In this document: positions 29,927-39,671 of the stretch, piece by piece
How positions within the stretch are numbered: the stretch's first letter is position 1
Layout of the letters: each line of letters starts with the position of its first letter
DNA from: Candidatus Zixiibacteriota bacterium
Lineage (GTDB): Bacteria; Zixibacteria; MSB-5A5; UBA10806; 4484-95
Reading direction: 5' to 3'
Assembly (NCBI GenBank): GCA_037441845.1
Contig: JBBIRK010000001.1
Span: 369,284-433,283 of the forward strand
DNA: 64,000 bases
Made by a program: the position numbers and the translations under genes
Notes under the pieces: generated by a model
The model's database searches: none
What the model was told of the DNA's origin: nothing
What the model saw: the letters and a program-made list of their open reading frames with translations, nothing else

Positions 29927-30577
29927 TTAATCTAAAGACGGAACAAAAATAGCCAGCGACCGACCATCATCGATCAGCCGTAATTCTCCGTGAAGTTCCT
30001 TCATGATTCCGGCCAGTTTCGCCAATCCTAATCCAACGGCATCGATTCCGCCTTTATCCAGACCGGAAATTGCGATCCCGGCCGAACCGTCATCACTGTT
30101 TATGCTTATAGTCAGAATATCGCCCGAACAACCACTATCGAGCACAAGTCTCAACGATTGGTAAAAACACAGCTGTAGAAGAAAGGGATTACCGTTCAGC
30201 ATCAAGGAGGCGACGCCGGGACGAAAATCAAGTTTCACCTTTTTCAAGCCTGCCGGCCGTTCACAAAGCCCCACGATATTTTCCATTACCGGCACGAGAT
30301 CGAAAGTGCGCATCTTCTCGTCGGCGGTATGAGCGAAGCGGTTTAGCCGCTTGACTATCATCTGCCCCCGCGAAACCTGAGCCGACAGACGATTATGCAC
30401 TTTCTTCAGCGCCTCCGGCGGTACGGCTCTATTCGATGCGCCTTCTTCGATAAAATCTCCGAGCAATCCCACGACCTCATTGGTCACCGCAATCACATTG
30501 TTGAGCTCATGAGTCACGCTTGCGGTGACGCTTGCGAAAAATCTTATCTGCTCGTCAAAAATGCTTTCCAAGGTCAC
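29927..30577 (-). CDS. Histidine-kinase-like protein with H-box and degenerate ATP-binding domain
   Basis: ASVTHELNN H-box; no recognisable N, G1 or G2 boxes. Confidence 0.7.
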   Translation of the reverse strand: MTLESIFDEQIRFFASVTASVTHELNNVIAVTNEVVGLLGDFIEEGASNRAVPPEALKKVHNRLSAQVSRGQMIVKRLNRFAHTADEKMRTFDLVPVMENIVGLCERPAGLKKVKLDFRPGVASLMLNGNPFLLQLCFYQSLRLVLDSGCSGDILTISINSDDGSAGIAISGLDKGGIDAVGLGLAKLAGIMKELHGELRLIDDGRSLAIFVPSLD

Positions 30578-30951
30578 TCCCGACTACTGATCCCCAGCGC
30601 TGAATTTATTTTTGCGGTGATCTCCTCTATATTGACCGGTTTTATCAAATAATCGAACGCTCCTTCGGCAAGACCCTCTTCCCCCTCGGCCTCGCATCCG
30701 TGCCCTGTCAAAAGGATCACTTTCATGGACGGTTTGATTTTTTTAAGCCGTCGCAAAGTCTCGATTCCATTTATTTCGGGCATCTTCACGTCAATCACCG
30801 CAATATCGAATTCCTGAACCGCCGCCTTGGCAATGGCTTCTTTTCCACTCAGGACACCCTCCGCCTGATATCCTCGAAATTGAAGACGTTCGACAAGGAT
30901 GGATACCAAATCTTCCTCATCATCGACTATCATGACCCGGATTCTCGGCAA
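30574..30951 (-). CDS. Stand-alone response regulator (REC)
   Basis: IVDDE, DVKMP..NG, LTGHG, KP; probable TTG start after SD GGAGG. Confidence 0.88.
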   Translation of the reverse strand: MPRIRVMIVDDEEDLVSILVERLQFRGYQAEGVLSGKEAIAKAAVQEFDIAVIDVKMPEINGIETLRRLKKIKPSMKVILLTGHGCEAEGEEGLAEGAFDYLIKPVNIEEITAKINSALGISSRE

Positions 30952-30952
30952 A

Positions 30953-32692
30953 CTATCCTCCTGCTTCGAATCTTGCGACCGGTAATGTGACAATAAATGT
31001 GGTGCCCTCCCCTAAGGTGCTTTCGACCTTGATCTCACCGCCGAGCTTTTGCACTATGCCATAGGTTATGGAAAGGCCGAGACCTGTTCCGTGCGCTTTC
31101 TTGGTCGTGAAAAACGGTTCGAAAATCCGCTCCAGATCCTCTTTCGATATCCCCGGGCCGTCGTCGTGCACCAGGACATCGACCCTGCCGTCCGGCCGGA
31201 CTTTGCCGTCTATATTTATCCGTCCCCCGTCCTTGACCGCCTCGATGGCGTTCGTCACGATATTCAAGAAGACTTGCTGTAGTTGGCCTCGATCGCTTTC
31301 GATTTCCGGCAGATCAGGACTGAAATCGTAGGTGATTGCGATATTCCGGTGCAGGGCTTCTTTACCGAGAAAGCTCAAAACCTCATCGATCAAATCCTTT
31401 AGATTTATGAGCTCTATCTGAGGATCCATCCTTTTGGCAAACCCCAAAAGCCTGTGAGTGATTTTGCTGACCCTATCCACCGAAACCACTATCGAATTGA
31501 CATACTTGGCGATTTTTTCCCTCGACGGGAAATTATCGGTTACCGTCAGGATATCACGGATCATTCCGGCGTTTTCGTTTATAATGGCCATGGGATTGTT
31601 TATTTCGTGCGCCACGCCGGCGGCCACCCGCCCGATAGAAGCCATCTTGTTCGTATATTCTATCTCATGCAGCATTTTTGTCCTTTTCAAGTCGGCCTCA
31701 CGGATTCGTCCCACCATATGATATGCCCCCCAGATTATCACCGCCAAAATTATCACCACGCTGGTAAAAAGAAACCAGAGCAACTGCTTGCGCACCGAAA
31801 GCCAGTTTTCCATATACGAAGCCGGCTCCACGGTCTCGATTAACAAGAACGGCGCTCCCTCTATGAAAGCATAGCCCATCAGCAGTTTTTTCGTTCCCTG
31901 GGTGTATTCCATCACCTCGGTCTTGGGGCTATAGGCCGGAATCGCCAGGGAGATCGTATCCAGCACTTTGCCGTAAAAATGCGACGGCGTCTGAAGCACG
32001 CCGGACCTGTTCACCAGAAATGCGTCGCTCGAAGGACGAAGATTTTGCGATATTATGTCACGATACATCATGTCGCTGTCCAGCGTGGCGCGTAATATGT
32101 ATGAACGGCCGTCTCCAGTACTGTGCATTATGGCGATTACGAAATGGGGGAACCCCCGGTAGCCCTTGAACACGTCGCTTACGTAAACACCCCGTATACT
32201 GACCTCATGAAACCAGTCCTGGTCTCGGTAGTTTTTGCCTTCAAGGGGGTAAGGCCCTACGTACGAAACTTGATTTCCCCGGGAATCTATCAATCCCAAA
32301 TCGATAAAACCCCCGAAAGCCGTTTTCAGATCATCCAGCAACTCCGCCAGCTTGTCATGATTGCTCAACTCTTCGTAAGTGGATCCGCGGATCACGAAAT
32401 CGAGTGCCGAGCGCCTCGTGGCGATGAATGATTGCAACGCGTGTCGGGTGTTTGAAGTCTGTCTGGTGATCGGGAAAATCATATCCGCCCGCATCGCCTT
32501 TTGGTACTGATAATAATTGACTGCGGTCATGATGATAAGAGGAACCAGCGCGACTATGGACATCAGAATTATGGAAAATTTTCTTAATCGGCGATAACGG
32601 AAACCGCGAGCATCCGATTTGCCGCCCTTATCCATTGCCCGGTGATGATCCGGTAAACCGTTTTGTTCTCTGGAAACCTCGGTTTCTTTCAT
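30953..32692 (-). CDS. Membrane sensor histidine kinase with Cache-type periplasmic domain
   Basis: Two TM helices; AHEINNP, NAIEA, DDGPG, FEPFFTTK, GTGLGL. Confidence 0.92.
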   Translation of the reverse strand: MKETEVSREQNGLPDHHRAMDKGGKSDARGFRYRRLRKFSIILMSIVALVPLIIMTAVNYYQYQKAMRADMIFPITRQTSNTRHALQSFIATRRSALDFVIRGSTYEELSNHDKLAELLDDLKTAFGGFIDLGLIDSRGNQVSYVGPYPLEGKNYRDQDWFHEVSIRGVYVSDVFKGYRGFPHFVIAIMHSTGDGRSYILRATLDSDMMYRDIISQNLRPSSDAFLVNRSGVLQTPSHFYGKVLDTISLAIPAYSPKTEVMEYTQGTKKLLMGYAFIEGAPFLLIETVEPASYMENWLSVRKQLLWFLFTSVVIILAVIIWGAYHMVGRIREADLKRTKMLHEIEYTNKMASIGRVAAGVAHEINNPMAIINENAGMIRDILTVTDNFPSREKIAKYVNSIVVSVDRVSKITHRLLGFAKRMDPQIELINLKDLIDEVLSFLGKEALHRNIAITYDFSPDLPEIESDRGQLQQVFLNIVTNAIEAVKDGGRINIDGKVRPDGRVDVLVHDDGPGISKEDLERIFEPFFTTKKAHGTGLGLSITYGIVQKLGGEIKVESTLGEGTTFIVTLPVARFEAGG

Positions 32693-32771
32693 GCCGAATT
32701 ATTCCGTTCAGCCCGGCGGACAGCCGGTCAACACCATAGATACCCCCGCCGATTCGGGTTTGAGCGCTGCA

Positions 32772-33998
32772 TCAGGATTTGCTCTTTCTGGCCAGGGCGA
32801 CTTTGGCGTAAGCTTTTTTCATGGTTTCCGAAAGCAAATCGATATCGACCGGTTTTTCCAAATAGGCGAAAGCACCGAGCTCCGCGGCTAATTGACGTTC
32901 TCTTGCGGAACCATGGCCGGTCAGGATTATGACCTCGGTTTCCGGGTGGCTTTTCTTGATTCGGCGCAACACTTCGATACCATCGATTCCCGGCATTTTC
33001 AGATCCAGAACCATGACTTCGGGTTGCTCCTTGCCGGCGAATTCGAGGGCTTGCTCGCCGTCGTAAGCGATGGATGCTTCGATCTGTCTTCGTTGCAGAC
33101 GTTCCGATAAAGTCTGCACGAACTCCCGTTCATCGTCAACCAGGAGCACTTTCTTGGGGACTTCGAAATCGACGGGAGGCCATACCGAAGGAATTTTCAA
33201 TGTGGGGCTTATTTTGAAATCGACCGATTTTACACCTTCGACCGATAAAGCCAGTTCGGCAAGCTGATTCTTATAGTTTTCGAGTCTTATTACACCTTTT
33301 TTGATAATCAGTGTCACCTGCCCTGCGGAAGATTCGACATAGACGTCATGTTTCTTTTCTGCCAACGCAAGCTTGACTTTCGTTGAGAGTCGATAATTCT
33401 CGGCCGCCGCCTTCGATTCTTCGGTCATCTTCACCGAATCGTTCATACTGTATTCCAATATCAAACCCGACGCCTTTTCGACGGGCATGGTATGCAGGGG
33501 AATAAGCGCGTCATAGTTCACCTTATCCCAGGGATCACGCCCCCATGTCGCCTGAGCGAATTCCGCAAGTATTTTGTCCTCTTTCTTCAAGCGGGATCGT
33601 GCTTCTTTTTCGGACATCGCCGATGTCGCGGCGGCCGTTTTCACCCGGTAATCGAAATCGGCCACCAACCCCACTCTCAGGATATGCGAAACCGTCTGCG
33701 GCGCAAGCAGTGCTGCCAGTCCATGAATAATATGATCGTCTTCCAGAAGAAGCTCGGAAAGCAACGCCTGAACGCGGGACAAATTGAGTAATCGATCCCG
33801 ATCGATTTTCCTGATCGCCTCGATATACGTATTGTCGAGAGCAGTTATCAGATCTTCAGGGATTCTACCCCTGAGCGTGGTTTTTTTATATGCCCCGCTG
33901 TCAATGATTTTGTACTTGGAGGTCGCCGCTAATTGTTGCAACACCTTTTCGCTTCCGCAGTGCGACGCTCCGAATATAGCTATCATCGCCATCGCCAA
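32772..33998 (-). CDS. Cytidylate-kinase-like + BON-like + REC fusion
   Basis: N-terminal kinase-like fold (HILRV.L.A...R; DPW...YD); C-terminal LVDDE, DLKMPG, TGHG, KP. Confidence 0.75.
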   Translation of the reverse strand: MAMAMIAIFGASHCGSEKVLQQLAATSKYKIIDSGAYKKTTLRGRIPEDLITALDNTYIEAIRKIDRDRLLNLSRVQALLSELLLEDDHIIHGLAALLAPQTVSHILRVGLVADFDYRVKTAAATSAMSEKEARSRLKKEDKILAEFAQATWGRDPWDKVNYDALIPLHTMPVEKASGLILEYSMNDSVKMTEESKAAAENYRLSTKVKLALAEKKHDVYVESSAGQVTLIIKKGVIRLENYKNQLAELALSVEGVKSVDFKISPTLKIPSVWPPVDFEVPKKVLLVDDEREFVQTLSERLQRRQIEASIAYDGEQALEFAGKEQPEVMVLDLKMPGIDGIEVLRRIKKSHPETEVIILTGHGSARERQLAAELGAFAYLEKPVDIDLLSETMKKAYAKVALARKSKS

Positions 33999-34203
33999 AC
34001 CCTCAGCCGGCCATCAGCCGCCATTAATCCGTAATACCAGCTTAATCTATCTTATAAGCCCTCGGCAAGCAACTGATTAGTCGATACGCATCGAATTCCC
34101 GCTCTATCGACCCCCGAACGTCAAATTCGTAACTCCTGACGGATCCCAAGCCTATGCACCCACCGAAACAACCAAATCGAGAGGTCATTGATGCCAGTTG
34201 CCG

Positions 34204-35343
34204 TCAATCGCCCCAGCCTTTTATTCGGGCCAGAAGCCACCAGAAAGCTTTCCCTTTGAGATAGCAATTGAAACAATGAGAATGGGCGCAGGAGGAACAA
34301 GCCAAACACCAATGTTCGGCGCACCAATTTGCGCACCAGGCGCAATCATCGGCGGCATAAGGGTAATAGTTGCCGTCCGGGTCGTAGCTTTCTATATCGG
34401 CGAAATCGAACAGCACTTTGCCATGGGAAAGACAGTATTGACGAATTTGATTATTGCCTTGGTATAGGTTCCCCGACGGCCCGGTGCCGTCGAGATGGCC
34501 GGTCATATAGATAAAGGTCACATTGGGATAATCCTGCTCGAGCTCATTCACTTTATTCAAATAGATATTTATCCCTTCCTCGGTGTTGTCGGAAACACCG
34601 CCGCACCACGACCAAGTGACCACGTTGTAATCGGGGAAATTCTGCAGCCATTGCCGGGTGAAAGGAACCCATGAGGTATCTCCGTTAGAGCCGAGATCAT
34701 CGCTGCGTTCGGTGATCGTCAATGTCCCGGCGCCGTCGTTTACGCCATAGATACCGCTCGAATCCTCGATCATTTCCAGGCCGGTCATTATCTGACTGCC
34801 GTGCGAGGTATGCGTGTAAAGTATCCTGATGCTGTCCTGGATCGCATCGATGACCGATAGCGGTATGTCATGAAACAACGGAACTTTCGTATGGTCGGCG
34901 ATAATCGCCTCGGGCGTGGTCGCGGTATCGCTGTCGGCGGGAGGAACATACGGGCAATACGCCAAAGAGGCGATCGCCTTGAAATAGGCCACCAGCCGCG
35001 TCACATCCGAACCACGAACAAGGCAATTGCCGCTGACATCGGCCGCGGCATAAAGCCACCCCGTGCCTTCGATCGAATCATGATAACACGAGTCGGGCGG
35101 CGGTTCGCCGAGGCCCTTAAAATAGCGAACCATATAGGTGACATCACCGGCGCTCACTTCGCCGTCGCCGTTTATGTCTCCCGGAATGTATGGGCAGGGC
35201 ACGGAATCCAGCAAAAAGAGACGGTTGTCGAAAGGTTTATCGGAATATAGCCTTGCATAAGCTATATCGGCCTGAACGGCGTGCGTCGCCCCGGCGCCAG
35301 CCAAACAAAAACTCAGCAGAAAAATCGCTTTGGTCCTACACAT
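34204..35343 (-). CDS. Secreted protein with N-terminal dockerin-like module and Cys-rich hydrolase-like domain
   Basis: Signal peptide; GDINGDG...ADVSGNC; HTSHGSQ, WSWCG, FDFADIES; CAHSH..NC..KG.A.W. Confidence 0.7.
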   Translation of the reverse strand: MCRTKAIFLLSFCLAGAGATHAVQADIAYARLYSDKPFDNRLFLLDSVPCPYIPGDINGDGEVSAGDVTYMVRYFKGLGEPPPDSCYHDSIEGTGWLYAAADVSGNCLVRGSDVTRLVAYFKAIASLAYCPYVPPADSDTATTPEAIIADHTKVPLFHDIPLSVIDAIQDSIRILYTHTSHGSQIMTGLEMIEDSSGIYGVNDGAGTLTITERSDDLGSNGDTSWVPFTRQWLQNFPDYNVVTWSWCGGVSDNTEEGINIYLNKVNELEQDYPNVTFIYMTGHLDGTGPSGNLYQGNNQIRQYCLSHGKVLFDFADIESYDPDGNYYPYAADDCAWCANWCAEHWCLACSSCAHSHCFNCYLKGKAFWWLLARIKGWGD

Positions 35344-35556
35344 AAATCTCCTACGCCTGCACCGACCGGGATAAATGGTATATACTCAAACCGTTCTATA
35401 AGATCATGGGCATTAAGATAGCATATTTTCGGCAATAGACAAGCCCCAACAGTTTCAAAAACAATCCGGGTCATGCTTGTGAAACTTGCCACTTGACTCT
35501 GAACGACAAATCGATAACTTTGCTATCTGGCATAAAAGCATATTACGGGAGGAAAA

Positions 35557-37920
35557 ATGGCGATCGGCAATGGGTTGGGAAAACCTTTCAATTTCGGTCC
35601 GAGACGGGCTGTCTATATCGATATGTCCGACCATCGGGATTATCCATCGAAAACCACACCTGAGTCTATAGACGCGCTGAATCGATTCGACTTGTGGTAT
35701 CGTACTTTATGCGCGATGCTTTTCAACTTCGCCTCGAGCGGGCACCCCGGCGGAAGCACTTCCTCGGGGCATATCGTCGCCTCGGCTATCATAGAAACGA
35801 TGGATTACAATTTCAGCGACCCCGAACAACCGGAAAACGACCTAATAAGCTATGCAGCCGGCCACAAGGCACTCGGCCTTTATGCGATGTGGGCCAGCCG
35901 CAACGAGATGGTGCGGGCGGCACGCCCCGACCTCTTACCCGATGAGAAAAAGCAGATGCGGCTCGAGGACATGCTCGGTTTCCGCCGCAACCCTACCCAA
36001 AACACGCCCCTGTTCAAAAAATTCAAGGCCCGGGCCCTCGATGGTCATCCGACGCCGTTGACGCCGTTCCTCAGACTTTCGACCGGCCCCTCCGGTGTCG
36101 GCGTGCCGTCGTCGATCGGCCTGGCTATGGGGGCGATCGACCGATACGGCGAAAATGCGCCCAAGGTTCATATAATCGAGGGAGAGGGCGGATTGACGCC
36201 GGGCCGGACCTCGGAAGCGCTGGCTGCGGCCGCGTCGGCCAACCTCAAAAACGTCATCCTTCATGTCGATTGGAATCAAGCCTCGATCGATTCCGACCAC
36301 GTTTGCCGCGAGGACGACAAGTGGGGCGACTACGTGCAATGGTGTCCGCGCGAATACTTTTATCTCCATGACTGGAACGTCATCTGGGTTCCGGATGGCT
36401 TCGATTTTGACATGGTAATCAGGGCTCAAGCTATCGCCAAAGCAGGCCTGAACAATCAGCCGACCGCAATCGTGTATCGCACCCAAAAAGGATGGCGCTA
36501 TGGGATTCTGGGGCGGAAATCGCATGGAGCTGGGCATAAGCCTTTTTCACCGGAATACTATAAGGCCTTGGAAGAATTCGAAAATTTCTACAATGTTCAA
36601 TTCCCCCGTCTGGGTCAGGATCAATCCTCGATCGCTATCGAGCAGAATTACTACGACAGCATGATGGTTCTGCGGAATGTGGCCGAATCGGATAAGTCGA
36701 TGTCCGGCTATGTGGCGGAAAAGATCGCCGCCAGCAAGAAACGACTGGAATCGCTCGATCGCAAGCCCCGTTCCGGCGCACCCAATCTGAACATTCTTTA
36801 CACCGATCCCGAAATAAGCTCCCAAAAGATTCCCGACGAACTGATTCTCAAGCCAGGCGATAAAACAACATTAAGAGGAGAACTTGGGCGAACCCTCGGC
36901 TATCTGAATAAAAAGACCGGCGGGGCGTTCATCGGAGCCGCTGCCGATCTGCTCGGCTCCACTTCCGTGGATAAGCTCAACGCCGATTTTTCCACGGGCT
37001 TTTACAATTTCGTCACCAACAACAATGCACGCCTGATCGCCGTAGGCGGTATCTGCGAGGATGCCATCGGAGCTTTCATGAGCGGGCTTTCCTCTTTCGG
37101 TTTCAACATAGGTGTCGGGGCATCCTATGCCGCCTTCATCGTCCCCTTGGAGCACATAGCAGCCAGAGTCCATTGCATAAGCCAACAGGCACGCTACGAA
37201 TACTGCGGCGAACCGCCGAAAACATTTATCATTATTTGCGGCCATGCCGGCTTGAAAACCGGCGAGGACGGCCCCACTCATGCCGATCCACAGGCGCTCC
37301 AACTGTTTCAAGAAAATTTCCCCCGCGGAAAGGCGATTACCCTCGTTCCCTGGGACCCGCAGGAACTATGGCCATTGGTGGTCGAGGGCCTCAAAAAGCG
37401 ACCGGCGGTTTTGGCCCCGTTCGTCACCCGTCCCGATGAAACCGTTATCGATCGCGCAAAACTCAATCTGCCTCCGGCGACGGCGGCGATAGAGGGCATT
37501 TATCGTCTGCGAACCGTCGATCCCAGCCAAAAGCCTTATCATGGCACTATCGTTCTTCAAGGGAGCGAGGTCACGATCGATTTCATTAACTATGTTCTGC
37601 CCCGTCTTGACGAGGGCAAATATCGCTTGAACATCTTTTACGTGGCCAGCGCGGAGCTGTTCGACCTGCTTCCCGAAACACGCCGCAATCAGATACTGCC
37701 GCCGCAGCTTATGGCCGAGGCTATGGGTATCTCCGGATTCACGCTCCCTACGATGTACCGTTGGATCACTTCCGATTTCGGTCGGAAACACACCCTTTCC
37801 GCTTTTACAAAAGGGATATATCCGGGCAGCGGCAAAGCCGAAAAGGTGCTCGAGGAAATGGGATTGAACGGCCCTGCTCAATGGGAGATGGTGCAAAGAT
37901 ATATCAAGGCGAGAAATTAA
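35557..37920 (+). CDS. Transketolase-family TPP enzyme (single chain)
   Basis: SGHPGG, GH, LDGHP, STGPSG, EGEGG...N TPP motif, ADL..S, GEDGPTH. Confidence 0.85.
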   Translation: MAIGNGLGKPFNFGPRRAVYIDMSDHRDYPSKTTPESIDALNRFDLWYRTLCAMLFNFASSGHPGGSTSSGHIVASAIIETMDYNFSDPEQPENDLISYAAGHKALGLYAMWASRNEMVRAARPDLLPDEKKQMRLEDMLGFRRNPTQNTPLFKKFKARALDGHPTPLTPFLRLSTGPSGVGVPSSIGLAMGAIDRYGENAPKVHIIEGEGGLTPGRTSEALAAAASANLKNVILHVDWNQASIDSDHVCREDDKWGDYVQWCPREYFYLHDWNVIWVPDGFDFDMVIRAQAIAKAGLNNQPTAIVYRTQKGWRYGILGRKSHGAGHKPFSPEYYKALEEFENFYNVQFPRLGQDQSSIAIEQNYYDSMMVLRNVAESDKSMSGYVAEKIAASKKRLESLDRKPRSGAPNLNILYTDPEISSQKIPDELILKPGDKTTLRGELGRTLGYLNKKTGGAFIGAAADLLGSTSVDKLNADFSTGFYNFVTNNNARLIAVGGICEDAIGAFMSGLSSFGFNIGVGASYAAFIVPLEHIAARVHCISQQARYEYCGEPPKTFIIICGHAGLKTGEDGPTHADPQALQLFQENFPRGKAITLVPWDPQELWPLVVEGLKKRPAVLAPFVTRPDETVIDRAKLNLPPATAAIEGIYRLRTVDPSQKPYHGTIVLQGSEVTIDFINYVLPRLDEGKYRLNIFYVASAELFDLLPETRRNQILPPQLMAEAMGISGFTLPTMYRWITSDFGRKHTLSAFTKGIYPGSGKAEKVLEEMGLNGPAQWEMVQRYIKARN

Positions 37921-37943
37921 ATTTCTATATGTTGACTCCCCTA

Positions 37944-38771
37944 TCAAGTCCTGCGGTAACCGAAGACGGTTCGCCGCCCGAAAATGATAACGGCCAAGGG
38001 AAGGCATAACCCGAATACACAAACAATCGCCGCCCCCGGGGGAACATCGAGGACAACCGAAGCGAACAATCCGAGCGCCGAACAGACAATCCCATACAAC
38101 CAGCCAAGGCCAAGCCTTAATGATATTTTTTCGGTCAATATCGCGGCGAATACGCTTGGGACAACCAAAAAAGCGAAGACCACCAGTACCCCGCAAATCT
38201 TGACTGAACTTGTCACAACTATTCCGAATGTGGCATAAAATAGGAAATCCCAGAGCCTTTTCTTGGTAAATTTCCTGTTGTCGTCGAAACTGAGAGTCAA
38301 AAATTCATGACGCAGAAAATAATGGAAAAGGCCGACGGCGGCGTAAACCGCCGCCGTCTTGAAAACCACTGCCGATGAGGTGGTCAAGAGACTTCCCACC
38401 AGCAGATACTTGACATGCTCCGCGCCCTCAGGAATGTGACTGACCGCCAATATGGCCATGGCGGTGCTCACCGCATAAACGATTCCGATTATCGCCTCCT
38501 GGGGAACTTTATTTTCCAGCCAACGGGTGTAAGTGAATACAGCCCCACCGCCAAGCGCGAAAGCCAAAGAAAAGGTATAAGCGGTCAAGCCGGTCAATTC
38601 GAACCCCAAAAAGAAAGCCAGGGTTGAACCAAGTGCCGCCACCTGAGCCAGCGATAGATCAACGAATATGATTCCGCGTTTGATCACGTGCAAACCGAAA
38701 TAGACATGAACCCCCACCAGCACGAGACAGGCTAAAAAGGGCCAGAAAAGCAGAGTTATATATGCGTTCAT
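37944..38771 (-). CDS. Metal (Zn/Mn) ABC-3 family permease, ZnuB-like
   Basis: Hydrophobic; IFVDLSLAQ, QEAIIG, LLVGS, GVLVVFAFLVVP. Confidence 0.85.
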   Translation of the reverse strand: MNAYITLLFWPFLACLVLVGVHVYFGLHVIKRGIIFVDLSLAQVAALGSTLAFFLGFELTGLTAYTFSLAFALGGGAVFTYTRWLENKVPQEAIIGIVYAVSTAMAILAVSHIPEGAEHVKYLLVGSLLTTSSAVVFKTAAVYAAVGLFHYFLRHEFLTLSFDDNRKFTKKRLWDFLFYATFGIVVTSSVKICGVLVVFAFLVVPSVFAAILTEKISLRLGLGWLYGIVCSALGLFASVVLDVPPGAAIVCVFGLCLPLAVIIFGRRTVFGYRRT

Positions 38772-39658
38772 TTCAAAGCCTCCGCCAAAGCATCAACATT
38801 GCCTTTCAGCCACTCGAGATAACTTTCTCCATCACGGCGCCCGCCGATCGACGGATATAATACTATCACTTTGGCGCCGGTATCCGCCGCCAACTTGTCG
38901 GGAATGCGGCGGTCGAAATACGGCTCCATAGCGATTGCCTTGATTTTTCGGCTTTTAATCAATTGCGTCAGCTTCGCCAAATGCGAGGGCGACGGCGGGA
39001 TTCCCGGAAACGGTTCGATAAAGCCGGCGCTCACTATTCCGCCGAAAGAGGCGAAATACGGCCAGGAATTATGATAGAAAATCACCTCTTTGCCTGTTAT
39101 TTCGCCCACCGATGGTTTCAGTGAGTCGAGACCGTTCTCCAGTTCGCTAAGAAAAACCCGCCGATTATTTAAATAGTATGATTCATTGGCCGGGTCCAAC
39201 TCCGTCAAAGCCTCGATAACCGCCCTGGTGATAGGCTCGACATTCGCCGGGGTCAACCAATAATGCGGATTGCCGAAACGGTGTAAATCGCCATATCTGG
39301 CATCGGCTTTGAATGTGGGTACCTCGAGCGGCTCGATATATTTCGAGCAATCGACTACTTTCAATCGACCATTCTGCGAACCGTCGATAAGCTTATCCAT
39401 CCACATGTCAAGCTCAAGACCGACCTTAAAGGCGATATCGGCTTTCTTGAGTTTAAGTATAAAACTCGGCCTGATTTCCACGTAATGAAGGTCGGAAACC
39501 GGCGTGGCGATGGTTTCGATATCCAGTTTGTCTCCGCCGATGACCCTTGCGAAATAAGCCAGATCCGCTGTCGAGCAGACGGCCCTGATATTACCCGATA
39601 AAGCCGACCCGAACGACAGCAGAACAATCATTGCCAAAAAGAATATTTTTCCACTCAT
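38768..39658 (-). CDS. Metal ABC substrate-binding protein, ZnuA/TroA-like
   Basis: DLHY, GLELD.W, GNPHYWL, YHNSWPYF, EP..G.PPSPSH. Confidence 0.9.
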   Translation of the reverse strand: MSGKIFFLAMIVLLSFGSALSGNIRAVCSTADLAYFARVIGGDKLDIETIATPVSDLHYVEIRPSFILKLKKADIAFKVGLELDMWMDKLIDGSQNGRLKVVDCSKYIEPLEVPTFKADARYGDLHRFGNPHYWLTPANVEPITRAVIEALTELDPANESYYLNNRRVFLSELENGLDSLKPSVGEITGKEVIFYHNSWPYFASFGGIVSAGFIEPFPGIPPSPSHLAKLTQLIKSRKIKAIAMEPYFDRRIPDKLAADTGAKVIVLYPSIGGRRDGESYLEWLKGNVDALAEALK

Positions 39659-39671
39659 TTTGTTACCTCGA

